Shown piece by piece: positions 16,185 through 21,947 of a stretch of 21,947 nt of DNA; positions within the stretch are counted from its first letter, which is position 1, and each line of letters opens with the position of its first letter. The position numbers and the translations under genes are program-made. Origin of the DNA: Fidelibacterota bacterium (GTDB taxonomy: Bacteria; Fidelibacterota; Fidelibacteria; Fidelibacterales; DSDE01); contig JBJKQR010000007.1 of NCBI GenBank assembly GCA_046735395.1, positions 1 to 21,947 of the forward strand. Reading direction: 5' to 3'. The notes beneath the pieces were generated by a model. It had not been told where the DNA came from, ran no database searches, and saw only the letters and a list, made by a program, of their open reading frames with translations.

Positions 16185-16892
16185 ATGGCCCACGAACGTT
16201 TTTTTTATTCCGGACAGATTGATGCAGCCTCGAAGGAGGCGATCCTGTCCGGTGAGGAACATCATCATCTCAGCCGGGTTCTGCGCATGCGGCCGGATGA
16301 CCTGATTCATGTGGGGGACAGGGCGGGTACCATGTATGCCTGCCGGATCCGCGATATCGGTGTCTCCGAAACCCGGGTCGGGATTGAGGAAATCTTCCCC
16401 GGCTGGGGCGAGGAAAAGCTGGACATGCATCTGGCGGTGGGTCTTATCCGCGAGAGTCACTGGGAATGGATGATCGAGAAGGCGGTCGAGCTGGGTGTGA
16501 CGGAGATTACACCCCTGCTGACGGAGCATGTGCTGAAACGGTCCCTGCGATCGGAGCGGTCGGAGAAGATCATTTTTGCGGCGGCCAAGCAATGCGGACG
16601 GTCGCGGGTTCCCCGGCTGAACGCGCCGGCAGAATACCGGCAATTCATCAAAGAAGCGCAGGCCGATACACGGATCTGTTTCGACAATCAGGGTTCGGCG
16701 CGACCCTATGGAGAGCTGCTGCCGCTGACCGGACAAAGCGTGATTCTGCTGGTCGGCCCGGAAGGGGGCTTTTCAAAACAAGAAGTAGATTTTGCAGAAA
16801 AAAACGATTACTTTTCAGCAATATTAGGATCTAGACGGCTGAGGACCGAGACAGCGGCGCTGACCGCAGTGGCTCTGAGCCCCGGCCGATGA
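16185..16892 (+). CDS. rsmE: 16S rRNA m3U1498 methyltransferase RsmE
   Basis: HHLSRVLRM, EKAVELGV, AAKQCGR, VGPEGGFS and LGSRRLRTETA. ATG 16185. Confidence 0.95.
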   Translation: MAHERFFYSGQIDAASKEAILSGEEHHHLSRVLRMRPDDLIHVGDRAGTMYACRIRDIGVSETRVGIEEIFPGWGEEKLDMHLAVGLIRESHWEWMIEKAVELGVTEITPLLTEHVLKRSLRSERSEKIIFAAAKQCGRSRVPRLNAPAEYRQFIKEAQADTRICFDNQGSARPYGELLPLTGQSVILLVGPEGGFSKQEVDFAEKNDYFSAILGSRRLRTETAALTAVALSPGR

Positions 16893-16904
16893 AGGAGACA
16901 AAGG

Positions 16905-17243
16905 ATGGAATGCATTTTTTGTAAGATCGTGGAAGGGGAAATTCCAGCCGATATCGTCTATGAATCGGAGCATGTTGTCGCCTTCCGGGATATTAATCCG
17001 CAGGCTCCCAATCATATACTTGTCGTTCCCCGCAAGCATATTGATTCCGTGGAGGTTCTGGATGCGGAAGACCAGCCTCTGCTGGGTGAACTCATGTATA
17101 CGGCAAAGAAGACGGCCGCGAAGCTGGGAATCAGCCACGGATACCGGATTGTTCTGAACAACGGCGCCGACGGCGGCCAGGAAATCGACCACATTCATCT
17201 GCATCTCCTCGCAGGCAGAAAACTGGCCTGGCCTCCCGGCTAG
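16905..17243 (+). CDS. hinT: Histidine triad nucleotide-binding protein (HIT)
   Basis: CIFCKI, FRDINPQAP, HIHLH and terminal WPPG. AAGGAG RBS. Confidence 0.95.
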   Translation: MECIFCKIVEGEIPADIVYESEHVVAFRDINPQAPNHILVVPRKHIDSVEVLDAEDQPLLGELMYTAKKTAAKLGISHGYRIVLNNGADGGQEIDHIHLHLLAGRKLAWPPG

Positions 17244-17261
17244 AAAAGGAAGTCACAGTAC

Positions 17262-20200
17262 TTGTATATATCGGATCTGGACATTTTCGGATTCAAGTCC
17301 TTCGCCCATAAATCACAGTTCAAATTTTCCAAGGGCATTACCTGCGTTGTCGGGCCCAATGGTTGCGGCAAGACGAACGTGGTGGACGGCATCCGCTGGG
17401 TACTGGGCGAGCAGAAATCCTCGCTGCTGCGTTCGGACAAGATGACGGATGTTATTTTTGCCGGATCCAAGTACAAGAAGCCCCTGAATTATGCCGAAGT
17501 TTCCCTGACCGTTCACAATGACCGGGGCGTGCTGCCGGTGGCCTATACGGATGTGATGGTCACCCGCCGGCTTTTTCGCGACGGAACCAGCGAATATCTC
17601 TTGAACAATACGCCGGTACGGCTCAAGGATGTTCAGGATCTTTTTACCGATACGGGCATGAGTTCGGACGTGTATTCGGTCATCGAGCTGAAGATGGTGG
17701 AGGATATTCTCAGCGACAACCGGGACAGCCGCAAACGGCTGTTTGAGGAAGCCAGCGGCATCAGCAAATACCGGAGTCAGCGCAAATCTTCGGTGCGGAA
17801 ACTGGATGCAACCCGGGAGGATCTGAACCGCCTCGAGGATATTATCTTCGAAATTGACAAGAAGGTGCAGGCCCTGAGCCGGCAGCTGAAGCGTTACGAA
17901 AAATATCAGGAATATGTGGATGAGCTCCGGGATCAGGAGATTCTTCTGGCCCAGCTGCAGTTTCAGGATCTGGGTGATGAGATCGCGCCCCTCGAGGAGC
18001 GGCTGAGCACGAACCAGATCCGCCAGACCGAGAGCAGCCAGCAGCTCAGTATCGAGGAGGGAATGCTCTCCAGCTACCGGGACGATCAGGACAGCCTGGA
18101 AGCTGAACTGGACAAGCTTATTACCGTGATTGCCGCCCGCAATGCGGAGATCAACGAGAAGAAGGCAAATAATCTGGTCTGGGAGGAAAAATTCCGCAAC
18201 GCGGAGCAGAGCCTGCTGCGTCTGGATCAGGACAAGGAAGACGCCGGGAAACGGCGGGAGGCCAATGAGCGCATCCGCGATGAAATCTCGGCGACGCTCC
18301 ACGACAATGATCCGCAGATTGCCGAGCTGAAGGAAAAAGTGCAGGCCGCAGAAAATGCCTACACCGAAGCGGAGAAGGACTTTAAGGAGATCTCTGCGCA
18401 GGGCGAGGCGCTGGAAGGGCAGCTGCGGTCGGAACGGCAGGCAATCCAGGAACTGGAACAGAAAAAAATTCGTCATGAAGATAGCATCACCCAGCTCATC
18501 TCGCTGCAGGAAAGCCTGCAGCAGCGACTGGACACCATGCGCGACAGGGATGGGCAGACCGAAAAGGAAATGGCGGACAGCAAGGCCCTGCTGACTCAGC
18601 TGAGCAAGGAACTGGCTTCCATGGACGCCATCCTCTCCGAAAAGGAAAGCGAAAAGGAAAAGCTGGGCGAAGACATCCGCATCAAGCGTGAAGGCCTGGC
18701 CAAGCTGGACAGCCGCAGTGACCGGGTGCAGAGCGAGCTTACTTTTTATAAAGGAATTCTCGAGAGTATGGAAGGCTTCAATCCCGGGGTTCGCTACGTG
18801 CTGCGGGAAATGAAGAATCCGGGAATTCTGGGCAGCGTCGCAGACCTCTTCAAGGTGGATGAAGCCTATACCCATGCCATCGAAATCGGCCTGGGCAACG
18901 CGGCCAAATTTCTCGTGTCCGATACGCGGGACACAGCGCTGGATATCATAGAGGAACTGAAACGGCGTCAGCGCGGCCGGGTGACCATTGTTCCCCTCGA
19001 TATCGCGGCCGGAAAGGTCCGGCGGAAACAGTCCTTTGACTATGAATTTGATTCCAATTTTCTGGCCTATGCCAGCGATGTGGTGCATGCGGACGGAGAG
19101 GCATCTCTGCTTACCGAATTTTTTCTCGGGGATCTGGTGATCGTCAAATCGCTGCGGGCCGTTCCCGATGCGCTGTTCAAACGCAGCCCCTTTCGCTTTG
19201 TTACGCCCGAAGGCGATTATTATGAACAGAAGGGCCTCCTGCGCGGAGGCAGCAGCCAGAAGAATTCGCAGCACATACTGGGCCGGAAGGAAAAGATCGA
19301 AAGCCTGGACGGGGATCTGAAAAAACTGAAAAGTGAGGGCGAGGATCTGCGCCGGGAGATTCAGGAAAGCAGCCTGCGCTATACGGCCACCATTCAGGAG
19401 ATCAAGGACATCCGGGCCAATAAGGCCACGCTGGAAACGCAATATCACGCCAGTGACAAGCGACAGAGCACGCTGGACTATGAACTGCGCCGCAGTAATG
19501 AGGAAAAGGTTCGTTCCCAGGAGGATCTGGCCGGATACACATTAAAAATCGATGGAACCCGGACGGCTCTCGAGATGCTGCTGGGAGATCTGGAAAAGGC
19601 CCGGGAAAGGGCCGCCGTCACACTGGAGAAGTTCCGCGGCTTTCAGGATGAAAATGCCAATGTGCTGGCCCGACGGGATGAACTCAACGCGGCGCTTCAG
19701 GCCGTGCGTATCGAGCTGATTACCCGGGAGCGGGAGAAGGAAACCATCCGCTTCCGTTACAATAATGCCCTCGAAACCATTGAAGACCTGACAAAACGCC
19801 TCGAGCAGATGGACCGGGAAACCGCCGCCCATCATGAACTCATAGAAAGCGGTCGTGCCGAATGGCAGAAGAACGCCGACAGCCTGCAGGGACTGGAAGC
19901 GGAGTTCCGGACGAAGCAGGAGGAACGGAATGAACTTCAGGCCCGTCTGGCCGCCAGGAAGCAGCTGATCGCCGAAACCACGCTGCATATCAATGAACAG
20001 CACAAGGCCCGGGAAAATGTCTTTCAGACCCTGAAGGATATCGAACTGAAGCTGAATGACATCCGTCAGCAGCAGAAACAGATCCGGGAAAAAATTTACG
20101 ACCGCTATCATGTGGATCTGGCGCTGCGCGGCTGGACCGACTCCGAAATGGGGAAGGATGAAATCCGCGAAAATCTGGACCGGCTGCGGCGGAAGATTGA

Positions 20201-20801
20201 GCTCATCGGCCCCATCAACATGGCCGTCAAGGTGGAGTTTGATGAAGAATCCGCCCGCCTCAATTTCCTCCGCGAACAGCAGACCGACCTGCTGGAAGCC
20301 GAAAAAAGCATTCTCGAGACACTGGAGAAACTGGACACGGAGGCGCGAACCCAGTTTTCGGATATTTTCAACAAGGTCCGGACGAATTTCAATAAAACCT
20401 TCACGCTCTTTTTCCCCAATGGTGAAGCGGATATCCGTCTCACCGGCTCCTCCGACCCTCTCGACGCGGAGATCGAGATCTACGCCCGCCCCAAGGCCAA
20501 GGATCTGAAAACACTGAAAGCCCTCTCCGGCGGAGAAAAAGCGCTTACCGCCATTTCCCTGCTCTTTTCCATCTATCTGGTCAAGCCGTCACCCTACTGC
20601 ATCCTGGATGAAGTGGACGCCCCGCTGGACGATCAGAATATCAAACGCTTCACCTCCGCGCTGCACCATTTTACCGAACGGACGCAGTTCATTATCGTGA
20701 CCCACAACAAGCTCACGATGGAGGCCGCCGACTATCTCTACGGTGTCACCATGGAAGAGGAAGGGGTCTCGAAAATCGTTTCCGTCAAGTTCAGCGACTG
20801 A
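17262..20801 (+). CDS. smc: Chromosome segregation protein SMC
   Basis: GFKSFA, Walker A GPNGCGKTN, coiled coils, hinge, signature LSGGE, Walker B ILDEVDAPLD and VTHN. 1179 aa, TTG start. Confidence 0.97.
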   Translation: MYISDLDIFGFKSFAHKSQFKFSKGITCVVGPNGCGKTNVVDGIRWVLGEQKSSLLRSDKMTDVIFAGSKYKKPLNYAEVSLTVHNDRGVLPVAYTDVMVTRRLFRDGTSEYLLNNTPVRLKDVQDLFTDTGMSSDVYSVIELKMVEDILSDNRDSRKRLFEEASGISKYRSQRKSSVRKLDATREDLNRLEDIIFEIDKKVQALSRQLKRYEKYQEYVDELRDQEILLAQLQFQDLGDEIAPLEERLSTNQIRQTESSQQLSIEEGMLSSYRDDQDSLEAELDKLITVIAARNAEINEKKANNLVWEEKFRNAEQSLLRLDQDKEDAGKRREANERIRDEISATLHDNDPQIAELKEKVQAAENAYTEAEKDFKEISAQGEALEGQLRSERQAIQELEQKKIRHEDSITQLISLQESLQQRLDTMRDRDGQTEKEMADSKALLTQLSKELASMDAILSEKESEKEKLGEDIRIKREGLAKLDSRSDRVQSELTFYKGILESMEGFNPGVRYVLREMKNPGILGSVADLFKVDEAYTHAIEIGLGNAAKFLVSDTRDTALDIIEELKRRQRGRVTIVPLDIAAGKVRRKQSFDYEFDSNFLAYASDVVHADGEASLLTEFFLGDLVIVKSLRAVPDALFKRSPFRFVTPEGDYYEQKGLLRGGSSQKNSQHILGRKEKIESLDGDLKKLKSEGEDLRREIQESSLRYTATIQEIKDIRANKATLETQYHASDKRQSTLDYELRRSNEEKVRSQEDLAGYTLKIDGTRTALEMLLGDLEKARERAAVTLEKFRGFQDENANVLARRDELNAALQAVRIELITREREKETIRFRYNNALETIEDLTKRLEQMDRETAAHHELIESGRAEWQKNADSLQGLEAEFRTKQEERNELQARLAARKQLIAETTLHINEQHKARENVFQTLKDIELKLNDIRQQQKQIREKIYDRYHVDLALRGWTDSEMGKDEIRENLDRLRRKIELIGPINMAVKVEFDEESARLNFLREQQTDLLEAEKSILETLEKLDTEARTQFSDIFNKVRTNFNKTFTLFFPNGEADIRLTGSSDPLDAEIEIYARPKAKDLKTLKALSGGEKALTAISLLFSIYLVKPSPYCILDEVDAPLDDQNIKRFTSALHHFTERTQFIIVTHNKLTMEAADYLYGVTMEEEGVSKIVSVKFSD

Positions 20802-20817
20802 GCCCCGTAAAGCGCCC

Positions 20818-20846
20818 TTGTGAGTGTTCGGGAAATTTCATAAATT
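20818..20846 (+). promoter_or_regulatory. sigma70-like promoter of the tRNA
   Basis: TTGTGA - 17 bp - TAAATT, 13 nt before the tRNA. Confidence 0.55.
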
Positions 20847-20859
20847 TAAAACGATTTTT

Positions 20860-20941
20860 GCAGCCGTGGTGGAATTGGCAGACACGCCAGACTTAGGATC
20901 TGGTGCCGAAAGGTGTGAGAGTTCGAGTCTCTCCGGCTGTA
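20860..20941 (+). tRNA. tRNA-Leu, anticodon TAG (CCA not encoded)
   Basis: Acceptor stem GCAGCCG/CGGCTGT plus discriminator A; D-loop GGAATTGGCAGAC; anticodon arm CCAGA-CTTAGGA-TCTGG; long variable arm; T arm GAGAG-TTCGAGT-CTCTC. Confidence 0.96.
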
Positions 20942-21947
20942 CTTCGTAACTTATTAACTTGCATAGACTTAGAAGGATCGCTATATTAGACGGTGCGAAT
21001 CTGGTGCGAATTACCAGATGAAAAACAGGGCAAAACAGGGAAGATTAGGGAGGTAAAATGGCAATTCAAGTCTCCATCTACAAGCGCAAGTCCGGCACCA
21101 AAACTGTCTATAGTATCAGCTGGCCTTCGGGTATTCCTGGCAAATATAAACGAGAGGTCGTCGGCACATCGAAAAAGATGGCTGAGCTGGCCGCGGATGC
21201 AAAATATCGTGAACTGAACTTTACGGAACCTGATACACCACGTGACATCATCTCCTACGCTAAATTGTGTGACGAGTTTACCGAGCGCAATCGCCGAACC
21301 AAGGAAGCGACGAAGGTGCGCTACCGTTCCTTCAAAGCATCTGTTGTAGCCTACCTTGAGAAATACTTTCCCACCGCGGCTGCTGATATTTCCCAGTTGA
21401 AACGCATCTACATCGAAGAATACCTGGACTATCTCAAACGGGTGGAGAAAAAAGCAGATAAAACCATCAACGACACCATCGGCTTCATCGCTGCTACCCT
21501 GAAACATGCGGTAAAGGCGGAATATCTTTCCAAAAGCCCTGCTGTCGGAATTACACGCTACAAAATCAACCTTAACAAAGAGTCACCCTTCTTCACCGTT
21601 GAAGTACTGAAACAGATATGGGAAACTGTCACTCCGTACTGGGTACCATTTCTACGCACCCTTTATCTCACCGGCACCCGAATAAGTGAGCTCATTAACC
21701 TGAAATGGAAGTATGTCAACCTTGATGTTGAGGAACCTACCATCACGATCATCCCCCACGATGATTACGACACCAAAACCGGTGAGAAGCGCGTCATTAC
21801 TCTGCATGAGGATGCTATCGAACTTATCAGACAGCAGCTTGGCAAGCATGATGAATACGTCTTTATCAGCCAGACAGGCAAAAAGATCCATCCTGACGTT
21901 CCGGGGCGGTCATTGAAAAGTGCCCTCGATGAACTGGGACTGGAAGG
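20942..21947 (+). mobile_element. Left end of a tRNA-Leu-integrated element (prophage, ICE or genomic island), continuing beyond the window
   Basis: The integrase begins 117 nt after the tRNA. Phased direct repeats lie between them. Confidence 0.75.
21058..21947 (+). CDS. Tyrosine recombinase / phage-type integrase (3'-partial; absent from the ORF track)
   Basis: GGAGG RBS and ATG 21058; open to the window end. Translation: MAIQVSIYKRKSG..., SAM-like core (KTINDTIGFIAATLKHAV...KSPA), catalytic LYLTGTRISELINLKWKYV, TKTGEKRVITL and YVF. The HxxR and Tyr motifs would lie beyond the window. Confidence 0.93.
   Translation, partial: MAIQVSIYKRKSGTKTVYSISWPSGIPGKYKREVVGTSKKMAELAADAKYRELNFTEPDTPRDIISYAKLCDEFTERNRRTKEATKVRYRSFKASVVAYLEKYFPTAAADISQLKRIYIEEYLDYLKRVEKKADKTINDTIGFIAATLKHAVKAEYLSKSPAVGITRYKINLNKESPFFTVEVLKQIWETVTPYWVPFLRTLYLTGTRISELINLKWKYVNLDVEEPTITIIPHDDYDTKTGEKRVITLHEDAIELIRQQLGKHDEYVFISQTGKKIHPDVPGRSLKSALDELGLE

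Noticed and set aside
15681..16222. ORFs 15681-15887 and 15980-16222 as intact small genes
   Set aside because: The first is the 5' piece of the VapC pseudogene. The second runs across the REP palindrome and the rsmE promoter.
17313..19448. 711-aa antisense ORF, and the other long antisense ORFs such as 9967-10893, 12147-13046, 8597-9487 and 1943-2755
   Set aside because: They lie opposite well-supported genes and have no motifs. They are shadow ORFs caused by codon bias.
7266..20801. ParB-like gene plus smc as a segregation or Wadjet-type module
   Set aside because: They are 9 kb apart in separate operons. smc is the canonical housekeeping type, and no scpAB or jet genes are in the window.
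20860..20941. tRNA with TAG as a possible amber suppressor for the kinase stop
   Set aside because: Anticodon UAG reads CUA Leu codons. An amber suppressor needs anticodon CUA.
20986..21916. ORFs 20986-21507, 20993-21217, 21652-21891 and 21713-21916
   Set aside because: They are antisense or alternate frames of the integrase starting at 21058.

Overview
Chromosomal window from a Gram-negative, probably anaerobic bacterium (FCB-group-like gene content; the taxonomy is inference). In order it holds: a REP/MITE-like repeat patch; a DUF2179/UPF0316 membrane gene divergent from a stand-alone 17-heme cytochrome c fused to a cytochrome b domain (CbcL-like); an Omp85/BamA-like outer-membrane protein; a tightly overlapping four-gene operon (nucleosidase-like, GT2 glycosyltransferase, ParB/Srx-like, spore-photoproduct-lyase-like radical SAM); an OPA-family MFS transporter; a two-component pair whose sensor kinase is split by one in-frame TAG; an AT-richer patch with a beta-barrel gene, a decayed VapC/PIN toxin and a GTAG-type REP palindrome; then rsmE, hinT, smc and tRNA-Leu(UAG). 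The window ends in the left end of an integrative element whose tyrosine integrase is missing from the ORF track. The best candidate for an undescribed system is the four-gene radical SAM operon at 5818-9376.
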